Part shown: positions 9,241 to 18,428 of the stretch, piece after piece
How positions within the stretch are numbered: position 1 is the stretch's first letter
Layout of the letters: each line of letters opens with the position of its first letter
Origin: Woeseiaceae bacterium
GTDB lineage: Bacteria; Pseudomonadota; Gammaproteobacteria; Steroidobacterales; Woeseiaceae
DNA: 64,000 nucleotides
Assembly (NCBI GenBank): GCA_021773095.1
Contig: JAJFKR010000028.1
Span: 28,905 to 92,904, forward strand
Reading direction: 5' to 3'
The notes under the pieces: model-generated
What the model saw: the letters and a program-made list of their open reading frames with translations, nothing else
What the model was told of the DNA's origin: nothing
The model's database searches: none
Program-made: the position numbers and the translations under genes

Positions 9241-9854
9241 GCCGTCCCCTGATTGCGATTCTGCGAGGTATCACGCCGGCCGAAGCCGTGCCCGTCGCTC
9301 ACGCTTTGGTCGGTGTGGGTATTGACCGAATAGAGGTGCCGCTCAATTCTCCTGAGGCCATTAACAGCATTTCGGCGATAGTAGAAAGCGTTGCACGAGA
9401 GGCACAGGTGGGGGCAGGGACGGTAATCACATCCGACGAGGTTATGCAGGTACATCGTGCAGGTGGTCAGTTCATTGTCTCACCGAATACTGACGTTGAC
9501 GTTATTCGTGCGACCAAAGCAGTACGGATGCAGAGTATTCCAGGTGTTTTGACGCCGAGCGAATGCTTTGCAGCAATTGCCGCTGGCGCAGATGCGCTCA
9601 AGTTTTTCCCAGCGTCGCTTCTCGGAGCAGACGGACTGAAGGCCATTCATGCGGTGTTGCCACAAGGCACGCCGAAATTCGTGGTCGGCGGCGTGGATGC
9701 GGCAAATCTCCGCCAGTGGATGTTAGCCGGTGCTGATGGCTTTGGTCTGGGTACATCCATCTACACGCCGGGTAGCAGCTTGTCTGACACTGTCATCAAG
9801 GCGGGTGAAATTGTCGCTGCCTATGACAGTGCTTGCGTCGATAACGAGAGTTGA
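9237..9854 (+). CDS. dgoA: 2-dehydro-3-deoxy-6-phosphogalactonate (KDPGal) aldolase
   Basis: [39 protein letters not shown] and ALKFFPA closely resemble DgoA. ATG 9237 overlaps the dgoK stop (ATGA). Confidence 0.88.
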   Translation: [205 protein letters not shown]

Positions 9855-9891
9855 TTGATGCAGATTGAATGTTTGCCCAAGTGAATATAGC

Positions 9892-9902
9892 GTGATATAT
9901 TA
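9892..9902 (+). promoter_or_regulatory. Second copy of GTGATATATTA, a candidate extended -10 / operator upstream of the TonB-dependent receptor
   Basis: Identical 11-mer to 2319-2329. TTGCCC (9873-9878) lies 17 nt upstream of TATATT (9896-9901). ACAACATAT follows at 9902-9910, the reverse complement of the ATATGTTGT flank at site 1. Confidence 0.35.
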
Positions 9903-9959
9903 CAACATATAACGATGTCATTACGCGGAGTAATGGCTAAAACGCGGGGAGTGATTGAT

Positions 9960-12638
9960 ATGAATTTGCTAAAAACAGGACTGCCGGGTCAAGGTTCGCA
10001 AAAAATAAACGGTCTGGGACGGTGGATCTACGGACTGCTGTTTTCATGTGCTGTACTTGTTGGGGCACCAACGCCGGTGATGGCGCAAGACGACGATCAA
10101 GGCGATGACGCGCTCATCGAGGAGATCGTGGTGCATGGTATTCGCTACTCCCAGGAGCTGGCGATCGGTGTCAAACGCAACGCTGTCGGCGTCGTCGATG
10201 CCATCTCTGCGGATGATATGGGTCGTTTGCCAGATAAGAACGCGGCAGAGTCCGTCGATCGGCTACCTGGCGTTTCAGTCACAACCGATCAGGGCGAAGG
10301 CCGCTTCGTCGTTATTCGCGGCGTAAGCTCTGCACTGAATAACCTGACGATCAACGGTGTTTCAGCGGGCTCACCTGAGGCAGATGGCGGTGGCCGCGCG
10401 GCGCCGCTGGACGTTGTCGGCGGTGACATGTTGAACGGTATCGAAGTTATTAAAACACCAACACCGGACATGGACGGGCAGGGAATAGGTGGCACCGTCA
10501 ATGTCAAGACACCGAGCCCATTTGACAAAGAGGCGCGCATGTTCGGCAGCTTCTCATCCAGTATCGGAGATGACGAGTTTAGTGACAACACGCCCTGGTC
10601 TGCCAATGGCACGTTCGCGATCAGAAACTCCAGTGACACTGTCGGCCTGCTCGTCAGCGCTACCTATTCCTACCGCGATTACCTCGCACGCGGAATTTTT
10701 CAGGATGACTGGCGCGATATCGACGGCGAAAGTAGTGACGGCAGCACAACGACCGACTGGATCCCGGAACGAACCAAGAATAATCACTACGGACTTGAAC
10801 GCAAGCGCACAGGGTTAAACGCAAATTTGGAATTCCGACCCGACGATTCGAGTAAGTACTACATTCGTGCCTACTACAGCCTGTTTGAGGAGGACGAATT
10901 ACGTCTGCGATACGAGCACTTTTTCACCAGAGATCCGTTTGCGATCAGCGGACTAACGGGGTCTTCAGTGGGCAATCGCCGCGAACAGGATTTACGGCAA
11001 GAGCAAAAAGACAAACAATTCGCCAATTTTTCAGTCGGAGGCGAAAACGTACTCGCTAACGAATGGGCGGTTGACTACGGTGCACAATTCAATGCAAATG
11101 AGCAGCAAGAACCCAACAGAAAGTGGGAGTTTCGAGGCAACGGTTACGAAGATTCCTGGTCCATCGATGGCCGCGGTATAGCGACGATTACATCTACCGG
11201 ACAGGACCCACTGGATCCGAGTCTGCTCCGATTTCTGCGACTGCGAGCTCAGGACAACGAAACAACGGAAGACTCTGCGATCGCATTCGTCAATTTCCAA
11301 AAAGACATTGAATTTGGTAGTAAACCCGGTTTCCTGAAATTCGGAGTCAAGTACGCAGGAACGGATCGTGATAACGATGAGAGTCAGGTTCGCCATAATC
11401 TGGGAAATACGGACTGGTTTATGTCCGATTTTGGTCAGGCCGGACCTGCATTTTTCAATGAGGTCGACGGGTATCAAATGCCTAACCTGGGATTCAACTG
11501 GGGTGCCGCGAATGACTTTTTCGACAACAATGTCAATAACACGGACTTTTTTGAGCCGGATGTAGAGGATACTTTTGTTAACGATTTTGATTCGGATTAC
11601 CAGATTGACGAGACAATAATTGCCGGTTACGTAATGGCGAGTCTGGATCTGAGCGATACAGCGAACGTAACGTTCGGCGTCAGAGTGGAGCAGACGGACG
11701 TTGATTCCACTGGCTTCAGGTTTGATGAAGACAACCTCACGGCTGTGCTAATGAAGGCAACCGGAGACTACACGAACGTCCTGCCATCGGTGGTTTTTCG
11801 CTGGAATGCGACCGATCAGCTTGTTGTGCGCGCCGCGTGGACCAATGCAATCGGTCGACCCGGGTTCAATCAGATCGCCAACACGTCCGAGTTTTTCTCA
11901 GAAGACATCCTGGGCGAACTATTCGGCTCGATAAGCGTCGGGAATCCAGGCCTGGATCCGCACGAATCCATGAATCTCGATCTTTCCGTGGAGTACTACA
12001 CAGAAAGCGGAGGATTGCTGTCCGGTGCCGTGTTCTACAAGGACATAGACAACTTCATATTCGGCTTTAGTAATCAGTGCGACACCATCAGCGGTGGAGA
12101 CCTGTCCTGCGAATTTGAAGGAATTTCATACGATGTGTTTACGTTCTCGTCTGTTGAGAATGCTGAAAGCGCATCGATCACGGGCTTTGAAGTGAACTAT
12201 CAGCAACCGCTCACGTTCCTGCCAGGACTGTGGAGTGGACTTGGTATCGGCTTGTCGGGGACCATTATCAATTCCGATATGCAGATTCGAGGACGGGATT
12301 TTGAGCAGTCCCTGTTGGAGCAACCGGACTGGATCACCAGCTTCATGGTTTACTACCAGACGGAACGTTTCGAAGCGACGTTAGCGATCGACGATTCTGA
12401 CCGGTATCTGGATGAGGTTAATGGCGATGACGGCACAGAAGACATGTTCAAGGATGGCTACGGCCGACTGGACTTCAAAGCCAGTTATGACTTCTCCGAT
12501 CGATACACGGTGTTCGTGGAGTGGCAAAACATTAATGACGAACCGTTGATCGAATTCCAGAGCGATGTCCGGAATCGGAATACCCAGATCGAAACCTATG
12601 GTCAGACGTATACGGTTGGACTGAGCGCGAGATTTTGA
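9960..12638 (+). CDS. TonB-dependent receptor
   Basis: Signal peptide ending VMAQDD. Plug motifs IEEIVVHGIRY, DRLPGVSV and RGVSSALNNLTINGV. Barrel ends with the terminal aromatic TVGLSARF. The longest ORF starts at 9915. ATG 9960 has a GGGGAG RBS. Confidence 0.88.
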   Translation: MNLLKTGLPGQGSQKINGLGRWIYGLLFSCAVLVGAPTPVMAQDDDQGDDALIEEIVVHGIRYSQELAIGVKRNAVGVVDAISADDMGRLPDKNAAESVDRLPGVSVTTDQGEGRFVVIRGVSSALNNLTINGVSAGSPEADGGGRAAPLDVVGGDMLNGIEVIKTPTPDMDGQGIGGTVNVKTPSPFDKEARMFGSFSSSIGDDEFSDNTPWSANGTFAIRNSSDTVGLLVSATYSYRDYLARGIFQDDWRDIDGESSDGSTTTDWIPERTKNNHYGLERKRTGLNANLEFRPDDSSKYYIRAYYSLFEEDELRLRYEHFFTRDPFAISGLTGSSVGNRREQDLRQEQKDKQFANFSVGGENVLANEWAVDYGAQFNANEQQEPNRKWEFRGNGYEDSWSIDGRGIATITSTGQDPLDPSLLRFLRLRAQDNETTEDSAIAFVNFQKDIEFGSKPGFLKFGVKYAGTDRDNDESQVRHNLGNTDWFMSDFGQAGPAFFNEVDGYQMPNLGFNWGAANDFFDNNVNNTDFFEPDVEDTFVNDFDSDYQIDETIIAGYVMASLDLSDTANVTFGVRVEQTDVDSTGFRFDEDNLTAVLMKATGDYTNVLPSVVFRWNATDQLVVRAAWTNAIGRPGFNQIANTSEFFSEDILGELFGSISVGNPGLDPHESMNLDLSVEYYTESGGLLSGAVFYKDIDNFIFGFSNQCDTISGGDLSCEFEGISYDVFTFSSVENAESASITGFEVNYQQPLTFLPGLWSGLGIGLSGTIINSDMQIRGRDFEQSLLEQPDWITSFMVYYQTERFEATLAIDDSDRYLDEVNGDDGTEDMFKDGYGRLDFKASYDFSDRYTVFVEWQNINDEPLIEFQSDVRNRNTQIETYGQTYTVGLSARF

Positions 12639-12666
12639 CTGATAGTTACAATCAGCCCCTCGAAAA

Positions 12667-12691
12667 GGGAGTCTTTAAGACTCCCTTTTTT
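12667..12691 (+). terminator. Rho-independent terminator after the TonB-dependent receptor gene
   Basis: GGGAGTCTT-T-AAGACTCCC perfect stem followed by TTTTTT. Located 29 nt after the receptor stop. Confidence 0.8.
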
Positions 12692-12712
12692 CTAGCCGGT
12701 CCTGTGTGGGTG

Positions 12713-13588
12713 ATGGCTGTGCCGATTTCGCTGATTCTGGTAGCTACCTTGTTCGCCGGTGCAAGTTGTGCTGCCGATGTACCGGTTTATCGTGCAGAGC
12801 TGATGCAGGTATTCGATGCTCCCATTGCAAGGCAAGGCGTTGCAGTTGACGGCCAGTTTTTCTATGTCGTCACTAATAATGCTATCAACAAGCGAGCCAA
12901 GGTGAGCGGTGATCTTGTCTCTGAGTGGCCAGGTGAGCAATCCGAAGGTGAAAACAATCCGCTCATTCATATGGACAGTCTGGTCGTACACGAAGGCAGG
13001 TTGTACGCGTCCCACTCGAACTACCCCAAGTCGCCGATGACAAGTTCGATCGAGATTTGGGATGCTGAAACGATGCGCCACGTCGCGAGCCACAGCCTCG
13101 GAGTCAATCGCGGGTCTCTGACATGGCTGGATAGATACGACGGTTCCTGGTGGGGTGCGTTTGCAAACTACGACAAAGTCCAGACTGGGCAAACGAATGC
13201 ATACGGCCTTACGGACAATACGCAAGTCGTACGATTTGACGAAGACTTTGTTGTAGTTGAATCATGGGTTTTGCCGCAGAATATACTGGATCGCATTCGT
13301 CCGATGAGTAACTCCGGCGGCTCATGGGGGCCTGATGGATATCTTTATCTGACCGGACATGACCACGGTGAAATATACATCATGCAGTTGCCAAGGGCCG
13401 GGTCGGTCCTCAACCAGGTTGCAACGGTCGAGGTCCCGGTCATGGAAGGCCAGGGCATCGCCTGGGATCGGTCCGGTTCAGGGCGATACCTGTGGGGAAT
13501 CAACAAACAGAAAAGAAAAGTTGCGCACCTGAAGATGCCCGAGATTACGGGCGCCGGGGTTCCACAATTGCCACAGTCTGTGCAGTAA
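12713..13588 (+). CDS. Secreted hypothetical protein (function unknown)
   Basis: Long ORF with a signal-like N-terminus MAVPISLILVATLFAGASCAAD. The ORF-track start at 12635 lies upstream of and across the terminator hairpin, so I use an internal start (ATG 12713, or GTG 12704/12710). I recognised no family motif. Confidence 0.6.
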   Translation: MAVPISLILVATLFAGASCAADVPVYRAELMQVFDAPIARQGVAVDGQFFYVVTNNAINKRAKVSGDLVSEWPGEQSEGENNPLIHMDSLVVHEGRLYASHSNYPKSPMTSSIEIWDAETMRHVASHSLGVNRGSLTWLDRYDGSWWGAFANYDKVQTGQTNAYGLTDNTQVVRFDEDFVVVESWVLPQNILDRIRPMSNSGGSWGPDGYLYLTGHDHGEIYIMQLPRAGSVLNQVATVEVPVMEGQGIAWDRSGSGRYLWGINKQKRKVAHLKMPEITGAGVPQLPQSVQ

Positions 13589-13600
13589 CCGGCGAACACA

Positions 13601-14941
13601 ATGAAAAACATTGTGAAGTGGTTCGCCACCGGACCGGATGCTCCACCAATCAGCGACCCGGAGCAGGTACGCAATATCTTCGAGAAGCGCCGCTGGCGCG
13701 TATTCATCTGGCTCATTATCGGTTATGGGTTTTTCTACACCTGCCGACTGAGCTTGTCGGTTGCGAAAAAGCCCATGCTCGACGAGGGTGTCCTGTCTGT
13801 CGAACAGATGGGCATCATCGGTGCGGTGCTGTTGTATGTTTACGCTTTCGGCAAATTCTTCAATGGTTTTCTCGCAGATCGGGCAAATATCCGCCGTTTC
13901 ATGTCGGTTGCATTGTTTCTTTCAGCTACGGCTAATCTGGCATTTGGTTCAGTCAGTAACTTCTACCTGTTTGCCGGTTTGTGGGCGCTCAATGGCTGGT
14001 TCCAATCGATAGGATCGGCGCCGAGTGTCGTTTCTATTTGCCAGTGGTTCAGTAACCGCGAAAGAGGGACGCGGTACGGAATCTGGGCCGGTGCCCACAA
14101 CATCGGTGAAGGCCTTACATTTGTCGGCACGGCGTTGATCGTTAATGCGTTCGGTTGGCGCTGGGGTTTCGGGGCACCCGGAATCGCCTGTGTCGTCATC
14201 GCTATTATCATGTACATCAATTTGTCGGACAGACCCCAGACTTATGGCTTGCCAAGCGTTGCAGAGTATAAGAAGGACGACTCCGCAGGACAGCCAAGTT
14301 CCAAGTCAGTGCGGGCACAGCAATTGATGGTGCTGAAAAGTCCGATCGTTTGGGTGCTCGGACTGAGCAGCGCCTGTATGTACATGACCCGATATGCAGT
14401 GAATAGCTGGGCAATCTTTTACTTGCAGGAAGGCAAGGGATACGAACTGGTGGCAGCAGCATCTGCTATGTCGGCGTACCCGATTTTTGGTCTGGCCGGG
14501 GCTGTTTTTTCAGGTGTTCTGTCTGACCGCTTTTTCGGTTCGCGTCGAAATATGCCAACGCTGTTGTATGGCCTCCTGCTAATAGGTTCTCTGTGCCTGT
14601 TCTACTACTCTCCACCGGGTATGTTGATCGTCGATACGATCGCGCTCGGCTTGTTTGGCTTTGCTGTCGGTGGTCTGGTCGTCTTCCTCGCCGGCCTGAT
14701 CGCTGTTGATTTGATGCCCATAGGTGCGGCGGGTGCGGTCAAGGGTGTCATTGGGCTGTTCTCCTATCTGGGAGCCGCAAGCCAGGACTGGATCAGTGGC
14801 ATGCTGATTGAACAAACGAAAACCGTTGTAGACGGGGTCGCCACCTATCAATTTGATCAGGCCTTTTACTTCTGGATTGGTGCATCGATAGCCTCTTTAT
14901 TACTAGCCCTGACGGTGTGGAACAAAAAGCCGACGGAGTGA
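13601..14941 (+). CDS. MFS transporter, organophosphate:Pi antiporter family (GlpT/UhpC-like sugar-phosphate permease)
   Basis: Colinear with GlpT/UhpT as I recall them: RRWRVFIWLIIGYGFFY, FGKFFNGFLADRAN, NGWFQSIGSAPSVVSICQWFSNRERG, GLPSVAEYKKDD. Confidence 0.8.
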   Translation: MKNIVKWFATGPDAPPISDPEQVRNIFEKRRWRVFIWLIIGYGFFYTCRLSLSVAKKPMLDEGVLSVEQMGIIGAVLLYVYAFGKFFNGFLADRANIRRFMSVALFLSATANLAFGSVSNFYLFAGLWALNGWFQSIGSAPSVVSICQWFSNRERGTRYGIWAGAHNIGEGLTFVGTALIVNAFGWRWGFGAPGIACVVIAIIMYINLSDRPQTYGLPSVAEYKKDDSAGQPSSKSVRAQQLMVLKSPIVWVLGLSSACMYMTRYAVNSWAIFYLQEGKGYELVAAASAMSAYPIFGLAGAVFSGVLSDRFFGSRRNMPTLLYGLLLIGSLCLFYYSPPGMLIVDTIALGLFGFAVGGLVVFLAGLIAVDLMPIGAAGAVKGVIGLFSYLGAASQDWISGMLIEQTKTVVDGVATYQFDQAFYFWIGASIASLLLALTVWNKKPTE

Positions 14942-14949
14942 TCGCACAA

Positions 14950-17900
14950 ATGAAGAAACGAACGGTTCTTTTCTTCGTGCTGATGCTAATCAGCCGGCTC
15001 CTTTTCGCCCAATCGTATTCCGATCTGGAGCACAACTTCGCCCAACCGCCCAACTCGGCCCGCCCGTGGGTCCTGGGCTTCGCGCTCAACGGCAACCATA
15101 ACCGCAAAGGCATCACCGCAGACCTGGAAGCGATGGCGCGAGTCGGCATCGGTGGCGTTCTTTTCATGGAAACCGACCAGGGTGTGCCAAAAGGCCCGGT
15201 GTCCTTCTCCGGACCCGAGTGGCGCGAGATGTTCCAGCACCTCGTGTCCGAAGCCAGCCGGCTGGGTCTCGAGGTGAGTATGCACAACGCAGCCGGTTGG
15301 ACCGGTAGTGGCGGTCCGTGGATTACTCCGGAGCTTTCCATGCAACGGGTTGTCTGGACGGAGACGCAAGTTGCCGGGCCGCAGCGGCTCGATGCTGCTC
15401 TTCCGAAGCCGCAGGCGAGCAAGGATTTCTATCGGGATATTGCAGTATTCGCCTATCCCACTCCGTCGGTCAACTACGTCATTCCGCGCGTAGATGGCAA
15501 AGCGGGCGGGGCAACAACGCGAATCGAGATTTCACCACGGGCCAGTTTCCCCACTCTCCCGGAGGGAGCGACAGTGCGTCGTGACGCTATAGTGGATCTC
15601 GAGTCAAAATTTGACCGGGATGGTCGTATCGCGTGGGACGTGCCGGAGGGCCAATGGACATTGCTGCGCATGGGCTATACCACAACCGGCCAGGAAAATT
15701 ATCCCGCACCGTTACCTGGCCGGGGACTGGAGTCGGACAAACTCAGCAAAGAAGCGACTGAAATACACTTTGACGCGCTGCTGGACAAGCTTATCAGCGA
15801 CAATCAGGCGCTCGTCGGCGAGGGGCGCACACTGGTGGCGGCCCATGTTGACAGTTGGGAAGTGGGTGCGCAGAACTGGACGCCAAAGTTTCGCGAGGAG
15901 TTCCAGCGCCTGAGGGGCTATGACCCGCTGCCGTTGCTGCCGGTTATGAGCGGGCGCGTCATTGACAGTCTGGAAGTCTCGGAACGTTTCCTCTGGGATA
16001 TACGCCAGACCGTATCCGATTTGCTGGCGGATAATTATACGGGACATCTGAACAGCCTGGCGCGTCGCCACGGGATGCGGCTAACCCATGAAGCTTACGA
16101 CAAAATGCCAGCCATGGATCTGGTGGTTGCCGGGCGCGTCGATGAGCCGATGGGCGAATTCTGGACACTGGAAAAATTCCGCAAGGGCTTCAGCGTCTTC
16201 GAGATGGCATCGGCGGCGCACGTCTATGGTAAAGCGATCGTCGGGGCAGAAGCGTTCACGGCCAATCGAAACGAGAAATGGCAGTACCATCCGGGCAACA
16301 TCAAGGACATTGGCGATTGGGCATTCACCGAAGGCGTCAATCGGTTTGTCATCCATCGATACGCCTTCCAGCCGTGGACGGATCCCGGTCGCGCACCCGG
16401 TATGGGGATGGGCTCATGGGGTTTGCACTACGAGCGCACGCAAACATGGTGGGAGCAATCGCGCGGCTGGCACGAATATCTCGCACGTAGCCAGTACCTT
16501 CTGCAACAAGGATTGTTCGTCGCGGATCTCTGTTTCCTGGTCCCGGAAAGTTCACCGCAGCGGTCCCACTCACCGGTAAAAGCCGGCAACCTCTTGCCGG
16601 GAGGCCACTTGCGGCCCGGCTATAATTTCGATGTCTGTCCGCCTGAAGTGGTACTCACCCGCATGACGGTGAAGAACGGCCACCTCGTGTTGCCCGATGG
16701 CATGCGCTATCGCATGCTGGTGTTGCCCTCGGCCAATACGATGACGCCGCAGCTATTAGAAAAGATTCGCGACCTCATTCGGGCCGGGGCCACTGTCCTC
16801 GGTTTGCCGCCACTCAAGTCACCGAGCCTTGCGGGTTATCCGCAGAGCGACGAAGACATAGCGGCGCTTGCTAGCGAAGTGTGGGGAGAGGGCGAAGTGC
16901 CCACCGAATTCACCGAGCGTACTTTTGGTAAGGGTCGGGTAATCTGGGGTAGCGATCTGCGACAACCGGATCCGATCTATGAGCCGACGACGTCTTTCGG
17001 TTTGGCACAGTGGATCTGGTATATGGAAGGCAGCCCGAGTGTTTCCGCATCGCCAGGAAAGCGCTATTTTCGCCGGCATATGAATGTCGACAGCAACAGC
17101 CCGATCGCCTCGGCGCAGATGGCGATCGCCGGTGACGATGCTTTTGAGTTATGGATCAATAATCGACGTGTCGGCGGTGGCAGCAGCCGCACATTGAGAG
17201 TTGCGGAGTGGCTTCAACCCGGCGACAACCTGATCGCAATCGTCATCGACAACCAGTCCGACACGCCAAGTCCCGCCGGGCTGGTAGCCGCGTTGTCGAT
17301 TCGATATGACGATGGTCGCAGACAGGAATTACGAACCGACAGCAGCTGGGAGGCCTCTGATCTCAGGCCGATGAACTGGCCTGCTGAGGCCAATGAAACA
17401 CGGTACTGGAGTCCCGCTCTCGTACTCGGACCGATGGGTATGGAGCCATGGGGCAAGATAGACGAAGAGGCCGAAGCGGCCGACATGATTCCAGATATCG
17501 ACCTGGCCATCGGTGTGCTGGAGAAGATGGGCGTGCCACCGGATTTTAGTGCCACGACCCCCCTGCGGCATATTCACAAGCGTATTGGCAATACTGATGT
17601 TTACTTCCTGGCCAATCCGGAGCCGCACGAGGTAGAAGCGCTAGGCAGGTTCCGCGTCACAGGCAAGCATCCGGAGTTCTGGTGGCCCGATTCCGGCCGA
17701 ATCGAGCCGGTGAGTGTGTTTGAGTCCAATGAGAAAGGCACGAGTATACCGTTGCGGCTGGATGCGCACGGTTCGGTTTTTGTAGTGTTTCGCGAGGGAG
17801 CTGCAACACCGAAAGTGACTGCCGGTGGGAAGAACTGGCTGGACTTCGAAACTGTCCAGGAAATAAGCGGTCCTTGGGAACTGAGTTTCCCGCCAGGCTG

Positions 17901-18408
17901 GGGAGCGCCACAACAGGTAAACCTCGAAGAGCTCATATCCTGGAACAAACACGAAGATCCCGGTGTGAAATATTTTTCCGGGACTGCTGCGTACAACAAG
18001 AAGTTCGTATGGAACGCTAATTCACAAGCCTCGAGAGTTTTTCTCGACCTCGGCAAGGTGCAAATCATGGCGCAAGTCACACTCAATGGCCATGACCTTG
18101 GTACCCTTTGGAAACCACCTTTTCGGGTGGAGGTGACTGACGCGCTCAAGCCCGGCGATAACACACTTGAAATCAGAGTGGTCAATCTCTGGATCAATCG
18201 GTTGATCGGCGATGAGCAACTACCTGAAGATAGCGTGCGCAAGCTCGATGGCACTCTTGAGGAATGGCCAGAGTGGCTGAACGAAGGCAAGCGCAGCCCG
18301 GCGGGCCGCTTCACGTTTACCAGTCATCGCTTATGGAAAAAGGACGACCCTCTGGTCGAGTCTGGCCTGATCGGCCCGGTATTGTTGCGCTCTGTCGTAT
18401 CAGACTGA
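14950..18408 (+). CDS. Large secreted glycoside hydrolase; GH106-like (candidate alpha-L-rhamnosidase) with galactose-binding-like jelly-roll domains
   Basis: Signal peptide MKKRTVLFFVLMLISRLLFAQS. The N-terminus FAQPPNSARPWVLGFALNGNHNRKGITADLEAMARVGIGGVLFME and the C-terminal LDLGKVQIMAQVTLNGHDLGTLWKPPFRVEVTDALKPGDNTLEIRVVNLWINRLIGD match what I remember of this glycosylhydrolase family. The family assignment is from memory, not from a search. Confidence 0.65.
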   Translation: MKKRTVLFFVLMLISRLLFAQSYSDLEHNFAQPPNSARPWVLGFALNGNHNRKGITADLEAMARVGIGGVLFMETDQGVPKGPVSFSGPEWREMFQHLVSEASRLGLEVSMHNAAGWTGSGGPWITPELSMQRVVWTETQVAGPQRLDAALPKPQASKDFYRDIAVFAYPTPSVNYVIPRVDGKAGGATTRIEISPRASFPTLPEGATVRRDAIVDLESKFDRDGRIAWDVPEGQWTLLRMGYTTTGQENYPAPLPGRGLESDKLSKEATEIHFDALLDKLISDNQALVGEGRTLVAAHVDSWEVGAQNWTPKFREEFQRLRGYDPLPLLPVMSGRVIDSLEVSERFLWDIRQTVSDLLADNYTGHLNSLARRHGMRLTHEAYDKMPAMDLVVAGRVDEPMGEFWTLEKFRKGFSVFEMASAAHVYGKAIVGAEAFTANRNEKWQYHPGNIKDIGDWAFTEGVNRFVIHRYAFQPWTDPGRAPGMGMGSWGLHYERTQTWWEQSRGWHEYLARSQYLLQQGLFVADLCFLVPESSPQRSHSPVKAGNLLPGGHLRPGYNFDVCPPEVVLTRMTVKNGHLVLPDGMRYRMLVLPSANTMTPQLLEKIRDLIRAGATVLGLPPLKSPSLAGYPQSDEDIAALASEVWGEGEVPTEFTERTFGKGRVIWGSDLRQPDPIYEPTTSFGLAQWIWYMEGSPSVSASPGKRYFRRHMNVDSNSPIASAQMAIAGDDAFELWINNRRVGGGSSRTLRVAEWLQPGDNLIAIVIDNQSDTPSPAGLVAALSIRYDDGRRQELRTDSSWEASDLRPMNWPAEANETRYWSPALVLGPMGMEPWGKIDEEAEAADMIPDIDLAIGVLEKMGVPPDFSATTPLRHIHKRIGNTDVYFLANPEPHEVEALGRFRVTGKHPEFWWPDSGRIEPVSVFESNEKGTSIPLRLDAHGSVFVVFREGAATPKVTAGGKNWLDFETVQEISGPWELSFPPGWGAPQQVNLEELISWNKHEDPGVKYFSGTAAYNKKFVWNANSQASRVFLDLGKVQIMAQVTLNGHDLGTLWKPPFRVEVTDALKPGDNTLEIRVVNLWINRLIGDEQLPEDSVRKLDGTLEEWPEWLNEGKRSPAGRFTFTSHRLWKKDDPLVESGLIGPVLLRSVVSD

Positions 18409-18428
18409 CATCCAGTGTGAGGAAAGTT

